A DNA stretch of 64,000 bases, taken from assembly GCA_049510745.1 (NCBI GenBank), contig JBEKYR010000031.1, positions 23,689 through 87,688 of the forward strand, in the 5' to 3' direction. The notes below the pieces were generated by a model, which was not told the DNA's origin, ran no database searches, and saw only the letters and a list, made by a program, of their open reading frames with translations. Numbering within the stretch: position 1 is the first letter of the stretch; each line of letters opens with the position of its first letter. A program made the position numbers and the translations under genes. Shown one piece after another: positions 28,538 through 38,609 of this stretch. The DNA is from Verrucomicrobiota bacterium (GTDB lineage Bacteria > Verrucomicrobiota > Verrucomicrobiia > Limisphaerales > Palsa-1400).

Positions 28538-31500
28538 TCAGGGCGAGCTGATGCGGTAAAAGCGCCCGGGGCTGGTCGTCTGCAAGGGTTCGCTGAAATT
28601 GAACGAACCGTTGGTGAGGGTGTTGGTTGCCACTGGAAACCAGACGGGATCGGCCAGATTTGTGCAGGCTTCCACCACGACGGAAATGTTAGTCGCCCAG
28701 GAGATGATGAAACCAAACGCGTTGCTTTGCACGCCAAAGCTGGGGCCGTTGTTGAGAATCAGCGGGCTCGGAAGGAACCATAACGCGGTCGGACGACCGG
28801 CAAAAGTATTGCTCCAGCCAGTCGTGCCCGGCAAATAATAGACGGTCGCTTTGTTGTCAGACCCGAACACCGATGAACCAAAGGTGGGAGCGTTGCCACT
28901 GAAGAAGACGCTAGTCAGGCCGGTGCATTCATAGAACGCATCCGCTCCAATGTTGGTAACGCTGCCGGGAATCGTAATGCTGGTCAGGCTGCTGAGGCTC
29001 TCGAACGCGTCCGCCGTGATGCTGGTGACGCCGTTGGCGATGGTGGATTCTGTCAGCTTGGTGCAGCCGTCGAACACAGTCCCGAAGTCGGTAATGTTGC
29101 CTGGTATGGTGACGCTGCTCAGATTGGTGCATAAATAGAACGCTAAAGCTCCAAGGTTTGTGACGCCGCCAGGGATGGCGACGCTGGTCAGGCCGTAGCA
29201 TTTATAGAACGCATCCGCCCCGATACTCTTGACGCTGGCGGGAATGATGACGCTGGTCAAGCGGTAGCACTCATAGAACATGTCCGCTCCGATGCTGGTG
29301 ACGCCATCGGCCATCGTGACGCTGGTCAGATTCGTGCATAATTCGAACGCAGCGGACCCGATGTTGGTGACGTTGGTGGGAACCACGACGCTGGTCATGC
29401 CGGTGCAACCATAGAACGCATCCGCTCCGAGACTGGTGACGCTGGCGGAAATGGCGACGCTGGTCAGGCCGGTGCAGCCTTGGAACGTACTCGCCCCGAT
29501 GCTGGTGACGCCGTTGGCCATCGTGACGTTGGTCAGATTGGTGCAAAATTCGAACGCAGCGGAACCAATGTTGGTGACGCTGGCGGGAATCGCGACGCTG
29601 GTCATGCCGGTGCAGCCTTGGAACGCACTCGCCCCGATGCTGGTGACGCCGTTGGCCATCGTGACGTTGGTCAGATTGGTGCAGAATTCGAACGCAGCGG
29701 AACCAATGTTGGTGACGCTGGCGGGAATCGCCATGCTCGTCAGGCCGTAGCACTCATAAAACGCATCCCCCCCGATGCCGGTGACGCTGGCGGGAATAGT
29801 TACGCTGGTCAAGGAAGAGCAATCTTGGAACGCATACTGCACGATGCTGGTGACGCCGTTGGCGATGGTGGCATTTGTTAGCTTAGGGCATTCCCCGAAC
29901 ACGCTCTCGAAGTCGCTGATATTGCCGGGAATGGTGACGCTAGTCAGGCTTGTGCAAAACTCGAACGCACCGCTTCCGATGCTTGTGACGCTGGCGGGAA
30001 TGGCGACACTGGTCAGGTTGGTGCAAAACTCGAACGCCGCGGACCCAATGCTGGTGACGCTGGTTGGAATCGTGACGCTGGTCAGGCCGTAACATTCATA
30101 GAACATATTCGGCCCGATGCTGGTGACGCCGTCGGAGAATGTGACGCTGGTCAGATTGGTGCATAATTCGAACGCAGCGGACCCAATGTTGGTGACGCCG
30201 GCGGGAATCGTGATGCCCGTCAGGCCGTAACATTCCTCAAACATATTCGGCCCGATGCTGGTGACGCCGTTGGAGAATGTGACGCTGGTCAGGTTGGTGC
30301 ATAATTCGAACGCAGCGGACCCAATGTTGGTGACGCCGGCGGGAATCGTGATGCTCGTCAGGCCGTAACATTCCTCAAACATATTCGGCCCGATGCTGGT
30401 GACGCCGTTGGAGAATGTGACGCTGGTCAGGTTGGTGCATAATTCGAACGCAGCGGACCCAATGTTGGTGACGCTGGCGGGAATCGTGATGCTCGTCAGG
30501 CCGTAACATTCCTCAAACATATTCGGCCCGATGCTGGTGGCGCCATTGGAGATGGTGACGCTGGTCAGGCCGGTACATAATTCGAAAGCAGCGGCCCCAA
30601 CGTTGGTGACGCTGGCGGGAATCGCGACGCTGGTTAGGCCGGAGCACCCATAGAACGCATCCGCTCCGATGCTCGTGACGCTTCCTGGGATCGTGACGCT
30701 GGTTAGGCCGGAGCACCCATAGAACGCATCCGCTCCGATGCTCGTGACGCTTCCTGGGATCGTGACGCTGGTCAGGCCGGAGCACTCGTAGAACGCATCC
30801 GCCCCGACGCTGCTGACGGACAGACCGTTGATGGTGGCTGGCAAGGCCACAATTCCGCCAGAGCCGGAGAAACCGATGATGGTGATGGCGCCTGCATTTG
30901 TTACATAATATAATTGCCCTTGCACCCCTGCCTCCACGGCCGGAACACCCGCAAACGTGGAACTCCAGCCGGTGGTGCCAGGGAAATAATAGACCGTCGC
31001 CTCGTTGTCATTGGTGAATATAAATGAACCGACGGCGGGAGCGTTACCCAGGAAATAAACGCTCGTCAAGCTGGTGCAGTAATCGAACGCATAACCCTCG
31101 ATACTGGTGACGCTGGCGGGAATCGTGACGCTGGCAAGGTTGCTGCATAAATCGAACGCCGAATCCCCAATGTTGGTGACGCTGCCGGGAATCGTGATGC
31201 TGGTCAGGCGGGCGCAGTAAAAAAACTCCTCTTCTGGGATGCTCGTGACACCGTAGCCGATCGTAACGTTGGTCAGGTTGACGCACGACGCGAAAGCTAA
31301 AGTCCCAAGGTCTGTGACGCTGCCGGGGATGGTGACGCTGGTCAGTGATTCGCACTCATAGAACGCATACTGCCCAATGCTGGTGACGCCCATGGGAATC
31401 GTCACGCTTGTCAGGCCGTTCTCGATGGCGAACGCCTCCACCCCGATGCTGGTGACGCTGGCGCCAATCGTGAGGTTGGTCAGGTCGCAATAGTAGAATG

Positions 31501-31915
31501 CATAATCCCCGATGCTGGTGACGCTGGCGGGAATCGTGACGCTGCCCAAGAGGTAGCAGAAATAGAATGCATCCGCCCCGATGCTGGTGAGGCCGTCAGC
31601 GAAGTTGGCGTTAGTCAGGCCGGTGCATTTATAGAACGCATCCGCTCCAATGTTGGTAACGCAGCCGGGAATCGTAACGCTGGTCAGGTTGGTGAGTTCA
31701 TAGAAGGCGTTGGTTCCAATGTTGGTGACCGTCAGGCCGTCGATGTTGGTGGGAACGGTCACTGGGCCGCCAGGCCCGGAGTAACCGGTGATAGTAATGC
31801 TAACGCCGTCGGGGTTGGTCGTGTAAGTGAATTGGGCTTGCACCGCGGCGGGCAGCGCCAGCAGCGCCGCACCCAGCAACCGCACAGCAGTAGCGATATT
31901 CTGCCTTATCTTCAT
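28538..31915 (-). CDS. BspA-type (LRR_5) leucine-rich-repeat surface protein
   Basis: Signal peptide ending AVQA; dozens of 23-aa repeats LTSVTIPxSVTSIGxxAFxxC; ends GRFYRISSP. Confidence 0.93.
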   Translation of the reverse strand: MKIRQNIATAVRLLGAALLALPAAVQAQFTYTTNPDGVSITITGYSGPGGPVTVPTNIDGLTVTNIGTNAFYELTNLTSVTIPGCVTNIGADAFYKCTGLTNANFADGLTSIGADAFYFCYLLGSVTIPASVTSIGDYAFYYCDLTNLTIGASVTSIGVEAFAIENGLTSVTIPMGVTSIGQYAFYECESLTSVTIPGSVTDLGTLAFASCVNLTNVTIGYGVTSIPEEEFFYCARLTSITIPGSVTNIGDSAFDLCSNLASVTIPASVTSIEGYAFDYCTSLTSVYFLGNAPAVGSFIFTNDNEATVYYFPGTTGWSSTFAGVPAVEAGVQGQLYYVTNAGAITIIGFSGSGGIVALPATINGLSVSSVGADAFYECSGLTSVTIPGSVTSIGADAFYGCSGLTSVTIPGSVTSIGADAFYGCSGLTSVAIPASVTNVGAAAFELCTGLTSVTISNGATSIGPNMFEECYGLTSITIPASVTNIGSAAFELCTNLTSVTFSNGVTSIGPNMFEECYGLTSITIPAGVTNIGSAAFELCTNLTSVTFSNGVTSIGPNMFEECYGLTGITIPAGVTNIGSAAFELCTNLTSVTFSDGVTSIGPNMFYECYGLTSVTIPTSVTSIGSAAFEFCTNLTSVAIPASVTSIGSGAFEFCTSLTSVTIPGNISDFESVFGECPKLTNATIANGVTSIVQYAFQDCSSLTSVTIPASVTGIGGDAFYECYGLTSMAIPASVTNIGSAAFEFCTNLTNVTMANGVTSIGASAFQGCTGMTSVAIPASVTNIGSAAFEFCTNLTNVTMANGVTSIGASTFQGCTGLTSVAISASVTSLGADAFYGCTGMTSVVVPTNVTNIGSAAFELCTNLTSVTMADGVTSIGADMFYECYRLTSVIIPASVKSIGADAFYKCYGLTSVAIPGGVTNLGALAFYLCTNLSSVTIPGNITDFGTVFDGCTKLTESTIANGVTSITADAFESLSSLTSITIPGSVTNIGADAFYECTGLTSVFFSGNAPTFGSSVFGSDNKATVYYLPGTTGWSNTFAGRPTALWFLPSPLILNNGPSFGVQSNAFGFIISWATNISVVVEACTNLADPVWFPVATNTLTNGSFNFSEPLQTTSPGRFYRISSP
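29460..30780. repeat. Intragenic near-perfect tandem repeats (138-bp and 69-bp units)
   Basis: ggccgtaacattc recurs at 30085, 30223, 30361 and 30499 (138-bp period); 69-bp units near 30630-30780; another 138-bp pair near 29460-29740. Confidence 0.9.
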
Positions 31916-32570
31916 AGGTTTTTTAGGCTTGATGATGTGTACCACGAAGTGGCTTTGCATTTTGCCCCCGTTGCCATTGGCAGCGCGTGAGCCACAAGCA
32001 GTTGCGCGGGCGCCCAAGAGAGTGTACAACGTCGAAACCCAAACGCCATGCGCCAGGCTGATAAAAGCACTTGCCGAATTATTCTCATGTCGTCACAACT
32101 GAAACCGTCGCGAACCGAGACGGTAGCCACACGATTTTGAAAATCGTGCAAACCCGCCTTTTGTCAAATTGTATTTGGAGCGGCCGCTGGATGAGGGGGC
32201 GCTCAGACCCCTTGGAATGTATCGCTTTTCACTTGCCCCCGCAGGAGGTGGCCGGGCGGGCCGTAAGACCGGGTCCCGCCTCCTGCGGCTGGCAAGGCTC
32301 CAAATCTGCGTTCGGGTCGCTTCCGAGCGTTGCCCTCCACTGGAGCAAAGGGAATGTTTCCCGTTTCCGTTTCCATGAGGATCCCATAGGAGCGGGAAAT
32401 GGGAAACGCCGAGCAGCAACGATGCCAAAAAACGCTTGCAAGATAAATGATGGGATTTCAGTGGGTTCCCTCAGCCAGAGCGAAAGAATTCGGGCATAAT
32501 TCCCTCAAAAAACGTGCGCACGCTCAGAACCGCGAAATACGCAGCGCGGCCCGCCGCAACCAAGAATCAA

Positions 32571-32653
32571 TTGGCCACAAGAGAACGCAAAGATCGCAAA
32601 GAAGAAAAGAACATAAGCTCTTATCTCTGGGCTCTCTGCGTTCTTTGCGGCAA
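32571..32653. repeat. Degenerate palindromic miniature element
   Basis: gccacaagagaacgcaaagatcgcaaag ... ctctgggctctctgcgttctttgcggc form imperfect inverted arms with a short internal period. Confidence 0.65.
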
Positions 32654-32792
32654 AAAACCTTGTCAGGAAAAGAAAACTTTTCAGGATAGCAGGGCGACAC
32701 ACACGAACGGATTGGGTTTTTCGCGAGGGTATGAGTATTTCGTGGTTGACCCGGTTTTCTATACGATTATGTATTAAGTGTAATCGAACGGC

Positions 32793-33290
32793 ATGATTAA
32801 ACTGCGCACACGGCTCTCCGCCGAGGAATGCAGGGCGCGGCTGGCTTCCGCCACGGACTTGGGCGGGCTGGCGCTCTCCTGGAACAGCCCCGCCGAGGCC
32901 CCGCAGATCCTCGGTGACTTTCGCGGCGCGGCCTTCCGCCTGCACACGGGCCGTTACTACACCAATTCATTCGCGCCCTTCTTTTACGGGCATTTGTCGC
33001 CTTCCGACAACGGCACGGTGATCGAGGGCGAGTTCAAGATGCACCCCTTCGCGCGGATTTCTACGGTTTTTTGGTTTTCCTTTGTCGCCATCTTTGCCGC
33101 CGGCGGCCTGATTGTGCCGATGGGCAAACAACCGGGGACGAGCCTGGGACCCGGCACGTTGTTTCTGGCCCTGGGTTGTTTTATGGTGCTGGGGATGGCC
33201 CTTGTCATCTTTGGCCGGTGGCTCGGACGCGGCGAGCAAAAGACAATCCTCGATTTCCTCAAAACTTCCCTCGAAGCCTCTCAAATCTGA
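32793..33290 (+). CDS. Hypothetical membrane protein (2 TM)
   Basis: 165-aa ORF with an N-terminal alpha/beta region (YTNSFAPFFYG) and two hydrophobic helices. Confidence 0.8.
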   Translation: MIKLRTRLSAEECRARLASATDLGGLALSWNSPAEAPQILGDFRGAAFRLHTGRYYTNSFAPFFYGHLSPSDNGTVIEGEFKMHPFARISTVFWFSFVAIFAAGGLIVPMGKQPGTSLGPGTLFLALGCFMVLGMALVIFGRWLGRGEQKTILDFLKTSLEASQI

Positions 33291-33484
33291 GAATTTAAGA
33301 TTTCGTCATTCGTCATTTTCCCCGGTGGATCGGGGCGCGGCCTCCCGAAGCCCTCATGGGTGACTGTTTTGCCGAGATGCGCCCGCTGGACTCCCCTATG
33401 CGGTCTCCCGGTTGCATTTTCTAAAGTTTTTTTTCGGAATGGGCGAATATCATATAAAGACGTTGCGTCCAATAGACCGACACC

Positions 33485-34639
33485 ATGAGTCGAAACGAGC
33501 CTAGCGTGAACTGTATCCGGCCTTCGAGGTCGCTCCTCTTCTTGCTCACGTCCATGGGGCTGGTTTTCGTGGGGCTGGTCGATCCTCTTTCCGCGCGCGC
33601 CGCATCCGTGACCGTTCCGCCCAAGGCCGGGGGTGAAGGGATTCAAAAGGCCCTGGACCACCTGCGAAAAGGGGGGGAAGTTCTGCTGCGGCCCGGCACT
33701 TACCTTATCCGCCAGCCGATCCTCCTGCGGCGCCCTCACCAGACGCTGCGCGGCGCCGGTCCCGCCACCGTTTTGCTGTTGGCCGACCAGGCCAATTGCC
33801 CGGTGGTCATCCTGGGCAACCCGCTCGATAAAGGGAATGGGCCGACCACCGGCCTCCGGCTGTCCGATCTGCTCATTGACGGGAACCGGACCAACCAGCA
33901 AAAGGAACTCTGGCGCACCGCCATCGACGGCGGCGCGATCAATAATAACGGCATTGACATCTGGGACGCCGACGGCGTGACGGTCGAGCACGTGGTGTGC
34001 TGCCGTTGCCGCTCCGGCGGGATGGTGACTTCGGCCCGCACGCGCCGGTTGACGGTGCGCGACTTGACGGCCTTCGACAATCAATTTGACGGCCTGGCTT
34101 GCTATCTGACTGAGGACAGCCATTTCAGCCAATTGTCCCTGCACGACAACCGGGCGGCGGGGATTTCCCTGGACCTGGATTTCAACCACAATGTCATCGA
34201 GGGCGCCGTGCTGACCGGCAACGACCTGGGCGTCTTCATGCGGCAGTCCCGCAACAACACCTTTGCGCGGCTGACGATTGAGCGAAGCCGCCGTCATGGG
34301 GTGTTCATGGCCCAAACCGCCGTGAAGGCGCCCGCCGGCTGGCGGCTTTGCCCCGGCACCGAATGCACCGGCAACAGCTTCGACAAGCTCTTGATCACCC
34401 ATTGCGGCGGGATGGCTTTTCTGGTCAACGACGCCTCCTGCAAGAACAATGTAATTGACAGCGGCCAGTTTTTCGACAACGCCCAGGGCGGATTATCCCA
34501 GGCCCCCACCAACCCCGTGACGGTCCGCGTCCTGGTCGAGCAACCGGCGCCGGCGTCCGCCGATCCTTCCTTGGCCCCGGTGGCGCCTCCGTCCCGGAAA
34601 GACACCGTCACCGACCCCGCCGACCTCGAAGCCATGTAG
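33485..34639 (+). CDS. Secreted right-handed parallel beta-helix (pectate-lyase-like) protein
   Basis: Signal-like helix, IQKALD...LRPGTY...LRGAG, IDGNRTNQ and repeated N..GI/DG strands. Confidence 0.8.
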   Translation: MSRNEPSVNCIRPSRSLLFLLTSMGLVFVGLVDPLSARAASVTVPPKAGGEGIQKALDHLRKGGEVLLRPGTYLIRQPILLRRPHQTLRGAGPATVLLLADQANCPVVILGNPLDKGNGPTTGLRLSDLLIDGNRTNQQKELWRTAIDGGAINNNGIDIWDADGVTVEHVVCCRCRSGGMVTSARTRRLTVRDLTAFDNQFDGLACYLTEDSHFSQLSLHDNRAAGISLDLDFNHNVIEGAVLTGNDLGVFMRQSRNNTFARLTIERSRRHGVFMAQTAVKAPAGWRLCPGTECTGNSFDKLLITHCGGMAFLVNDASCKNNVIDSGQFFDNAQGGLSQAPTNPVTVRVLVEQPAPASADPSLAPVAPPSRKDTVTDPADLEAM

Positions 34640-34742
34640 CCGCCGCGGCGCGTCCGCCGCGCTGCGCGCCGTTCTGTTCAAGGATTATGGGGCAACTGCG
34701 TTGCCTTGAGCCTGACCGATCTTCAGCAGCAGGAGATAGCGA

Positions 34743-37700
34743 TCAAGGGTGGACCATCAGACGATAGAACCGGGAGCCGGTTTTCTTGGGGGAATCGGTC
34801 ACGCTCATCGGGCGATTCGTGGGCGTCCCGGGCACGTCCTGCAAAGGCGTCCAGCAGCCATTGCGCAGGTCGTCGCAGTACTCAAGGCGATAGTCGAGAT
34901 TGGGCTGGGCGTTGAAACCCAAAACGACGCTGGCGGGACTGAATTGAATTGAATTCAACCAGGGCCGAGAGCCTCCTGGCACCGCCTCGCACAGCCAGCA
35001 CACAGCGTCAGCCATGATGAGCGGCGATTGGGGGCCTTTCAGGAGCGCATTGGAAATATAAACAATCCTGCCGTTGGCCGCCGGTCCTTGATGAAACTCG
35101 ATGCAACAGGCCGCGTCGCCGACGAGGCTGCCATTGCTGAACATCGAAATCCAAGGCACGTAATGGTCCGTCGCCGACACCTGCGTCGGGTCGATCAAGC
35201 CAAATGCCCCCACCTGAGATTGAGGGAATGGAAAAGACCGGCTCACGTTCGGCATCGTCACCTGGTTGGTGTCGATCTGGAAAACCGCGTTCGTCGGCGC
35301 GGCGTCATAATGAACCCAAGGCAGCCCCAGGGAGCACAACAACCCATTGGTTCCTTCCACCGGACCTGTGTCCTGGCCCGCGTCGCAGGCAAAGTAGAAC
35401 GGAGACGGCGACGGGGACATGACCACCAGCGTGCCGCCACCCTGCAAATAATTGAGCAACGCGGCCTTGCCGTCGCCGTTGGTGTTGACGTTGGCGTAGT
35501 AATCGTCGTCCCCCATGTAAAAGGCCAGCGGGAAGAGAGTCGCGTTGAACGCATTGGTGTCCGCGTACTGGGTGGGCGAAAGTGATGTCCACCAGCACGC
35601 CAGGCCGTTGGTGCCGGCAAAATCCAGGGCCGGCCCACGGTAATCAAATGTTTGCCCGGCTGGAAGCAAGGCGATCCGGCCCGCCGGAGACTGACTGAAG
35701 AAATCCTGCAAGGCCGCCTGGGCCAGCCGGGCCTGTTCATCCTTGACAAAAGACGCCGCCGCACTGGAAAGCCCCGGCTGGACCCACTGCCAGGAGGTGG
35801 AATTATTTGTGCAGGCGGTGACGCCCATGACCAGGGAACCTTGTGGGTCCACCGCCACCACCCCATGCCCCGCAGGCAGCAGCGCGTAGTCCAAAAGAAC
35901 CATTCGATTGAACATGGTGGGCCATCCCCGCCAAGCCATCACCGGGGCGCCACTCAATGACAGATTGCTGCTGTTATTGGTGAACGGCGAATCCAGAATC
36001 AGTTCAGGTTCCTGACCCCCAGGCGCATCCTCGGGCGGAGAATACGCCACAAAGATGGCATAGGCCGAAGGGGCGGCCAACGCCGTGACGTTCGTGGCGG
36101 CGTAAAGACGCTGCTGGTAGGGCACCCCATGAATCCAGTGCAGCCCCGGAACAATCCCGGCGAACGAATGAAAATCCGTCCAATCCTGCGGCAACAGGCA
36201 GGTGCCGGCCAAAGGCAGCGTCACAAAGGATCCATTGGTCATCGGTTGCACGGCCGATTCGGCATAAACCAGCGAGGCATCAGGCAAAAAGGGCGGCGTA
36301 TTTCCGGCGGGTGAACCAATGGTTATGGTGTCGCCATTCGCCACCCCGAAAAGATACAACGAACTGGGGGATTGGACTGGCCGGGACACGCCGGCGGAGC
36401 CTAGCGCCAGGCCATTCCGCGTGACCGTGTTGGTGTGTATGTTGACGAACGGATACGAGAAGCTCACGTCAAAGGAGTTGGTCGAGGATGACACGATGGT
36501 GAACGAACAGGCCCCGTTGCCGCTGGTGCGGTAGTTGGTTATGTCCGCCGTCGTCCCGCCCTTGTTAAAGGCGATGCAAGCGGCGTCACCGGCCACCACC
36601 CGCAAAGTCGAGTTGCCGACCGGCTCCATCAGCGCCAGCGGTTCGGTGAACCCATAGTCATAGCGGCCACCCCGCCCGGGACCTGAGTCGGGGACCAGTC
36701 CATAACCCTCCGTCAGCCCGTCACTGGAAACAGTGAAGTCAGCCAGCGACGGTTCGTAATCGGCGCGATAGAGAGTGGGCCAGCGCTGCAACATGCCCCG
36801 CAAATAAAACCGCATTCGTTCATCGCCCGTCTGGACATAAACCTGGACCAGGATATCCAACATCCAGCTCATCTCGTTGGCGCACCCCAGTCCCGCCCAA
36901 TCCCGGCCACTGTTAGGCTCGGCCAGGAACGCGCTGTCCACCGGCCCATCCCAGAAATCCGAGTCCATGGCCCAGACACTCAGATAACGCCACACCTGGT
37001 TTCGGGCCAGGCTCAGAGCCTGGGCCGCACTGTTGCTGCGAACCGGGTCAGTCTTAAAAGTGAAGTAGTAATCGAGGAGAAAAGACGCGCCCAAGGTCGC
37101 CCCAATTGCGAAAGGGGAAGAGGGAACATCGTGAATCTCGCCGCGGGTCCAGACAAAATGCCTGGCCCAATTGAAAAGACCGTCGATGGCCGCCAGGTAA
37201 TTGGTGTCGTTTGTGCCGCGAGCCAGGTCATATCGGTAAAGCTCCACCAGGACGCGCGCCGTGAACCAGCCCTCTGAATTATGGAGGGTCGTCGCGTTGG
37301 TGCCCCCATAATTGGTCAACCAAGCCCCTTCCAGCGGTTTGCTCCAGTACAGGCAGGCGTCGTTGCCGACGTTAAAGTGCTGCGCATACTTGTTGAGCAA
37401 CGTGCCAAGCTGGCTCCTGACCGTGCCAAGAGAAGTGCCCTCCAGCACCCAGGCATCGACCGGCATTTCACGATGGCCCTTGAACCCGGCCAGCGCCACC
37501 GTCCCGTCCGCAAAATAATCCGGGTCGTTGACGCTGCCGTACAACTCCGTTCCAACGGGAGTGATGAAATCGTTCAGGCGGGCCACGCCGGGAATCCAGG
37601 CCAGATCATTCATGGCCGGTACCCGCGGCAACGCATTGGTGTAGCGGCTGAAAAGCCGCTCCTGAAATCGCTCGTTCGGATCTTCGGTGCCCGGCATATT

Positions 37701-38531
37701 CGTGTCGATTATCAGGCTGCACGAGGCGGAGATGCTTTGGTTGGTGGCCGGATACGTCTGGTTGCCAAAACGGGAACCCCCGCAGGGATACGCCAGGGCG
37801 ATGAAGTTGGAGGACGTTCCCGCGCCCCAACAATAGACTGTGGCGATCTGGCTCTCGCTCTGGGCCCAAGTCGTGCGCGATGCCTGGAAATCGTACCCGG
37901 CATAGAGGCTCTGCGAGGGGTCCCATAGGCCGATCACGGGAATGGAATGACCCGCCAGCGGGCAGATATAGCCCCAGTTGCGGTTCCAACTGCAGGAGAT
38001 TTCAGGTGTGTTGTTGTGCGGGTCTATCAGCAGGGGAAAAATGTCCGCCGCCGGCGTGGCGTTCAGCCACCCGCGCTGGTGCCATACTTGGGCCGTTGGC
38101 ATCGAGCAAACCAGGAAATGAAACGGCGCCGGTTGGTTGCTCGGGAAAAGGGCGTTCCATTTCGTCTGGTTGAAGGAGACGAAGGTGAGCTGGAAACTTA
38201 TGACCGGTTCCAGGGCCGAATTCGTGGGGAGACTCAAGGTGACGAAGTCGTTTGTGGCAAACACGACGGCTTCCGAATCCTTTGCCCGAAGCTGCGACAG
38301 CGTGACGCCATTGGCATTGGACGTTACATTGTCGGCCACCAAGGCGCCGTTGGCCGCCAGACTATTGGTCACATGCGCGTTGCCGGCCACCACTTCGAAC
38401 CCGTTACCATCCACATGTCCGATGGAGTACATGGAGGTTTGGGCCTGGCAGCAATACCAGGCGAGCGAAAGACAGCAACCCCCTGCCAGGCCCCGGATTG
38501 CGACCAGGCTGCGCAAACACGTTCTCGTCAT
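34743..38531 (-). CDS. Large secreted protein, possibly carbohydrate-active, with C-terminal ...FYR domain
   Basis: 1262-aa ORF with signal peptide, aromatic-rich helical core suggesting an (alpha/alpha) toroid, GATase-like segment LLNYLQGGGTLVV, and end SRFYRLMVHP; co-oriented with a GH gene. Confidence 0.7.
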   Translation of the reverse strand: MTRTCLRSLVAIRGLAGGCCLSLAWYCCQAQTSMYSIGHVDGNGFEVVAGNAHVTNSLAANGALVADNVTSNANGVTLSQLRAKDSEAVVFATNDFVTLSLPTNSALEPVISFQLTFVSFNQTKWNALFPSNQPAPFHFLVCSMPTAQVWHQRGWLNATPAADIFPLLIDPHNNTPEISCSWNRNWGYICPLAGHSIPVIGLWDPSQSLYAGYDFQASRTTWAQSESQIATVYCWGAGTSSNFIALAYPCGGSRFGNQTYPATNQSISASCSLIIDTNMPGTEDPNERFQERLFSRYTNALPRVPAMNDLAWIPGVARLNDFITPVGTELYGSVNDPDYFADGTVALAGFKGHREMPVDAWVLEGTSLGTVRSQLGTLLNKYAQHFNVGNDACLYWSKPLEGAWLTNYGGTNATTLHNSEGWFTARVLVELYRYDLARGTNDTNYLAAIDGLFNWARHFVWTRGEIHDVPSSPFAIGATLGASFLLDYYFTFKTDPVRSNSAAQALSLARNQVWRYLSVWAMDSDFWDGPVDSAFLAEPNSGRDWAGLGCANEMSWMLDILVQVYVQTGDERMRFYLRGMLQRWPTLYRADYEPSLADFTVSSDGLTEGYGLVPDSGPGRGGRYDYGFTEPLALMEPVGNSTLRVVAGDAACIAFNKGGTTADITNYRTSGNGACSFTIVSSSTNSFDVSFSYPFVNIHTNTVTRNGLALGSAGVSRPVQSPSSLYLFGVANGDTITIGSPAGNTPPFLPDASLVYAESAVQPMTNGSFVTLPLAGTCLLPQDWTDFHSFAGIVPGLHWIHGVPYQQRLYAATNVTALAAPSAYAIFVAYSPPEDAPGGQEPELILDSPFTNNSSNLSLSGAPVMAWRGWPTMFNRMVLLDYALLPAGHGVVAVDPQGSLVMGVTACTNNSTSWQWVQPGLSSAAASFVKDEQARLAQAALQDFFSQSPAGRIALLPAGQTFDYRGPALDFAGTNGLACWWTSLSPTQYADTNAFNATLFPLAFYMGDDDYYANVNTNGDGKAALLNYLQGGGTLVVMSPSPSPFYFACDAGQDTGPVEGTNGLLCSLGLPWVHYDAAPTNAVFQIDTNQVTMPNVSRSFPFPQSQVGAFGLIDPTQVSATDHYVPWISMFSNGSLVGDAACCIEFHQGPAANGRIVYISNALLKGPQSPLIMADAVCWLCEAVPGGSRPWLNSIQFSPASVVLGFNAQPNLDYRLEYCDDLRNGCWTPLQDVPGTPTNRPMSVTDSPKKTGSRFYRLMVHP

Positions 38532-38609
38532 AAATCCGCTTTCAGCGTTTTATATCGGCTCCTTCAGGCCAGGACTTTAACAATTTTCATACTCGGCCCA
38601 TTGCAACGA

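Noticed and set aside
32020..32056. TGGCGCA...GACGTTGTA upstream of the LRR gene as a third copy of the ECF promoter
   Set aside because: Only the GACG..TGTA part resembles the kinase promoter; the TCCATAC block is absent.
32090..32400. Hairpins upstream of the LRR gene as a riboswitch (e.g. c-di-GMP)
   Set aside because: Stems exist (32239-32288, 32358-32399), but I could not match a known aptamer consensus; an Rfam scan is needed.
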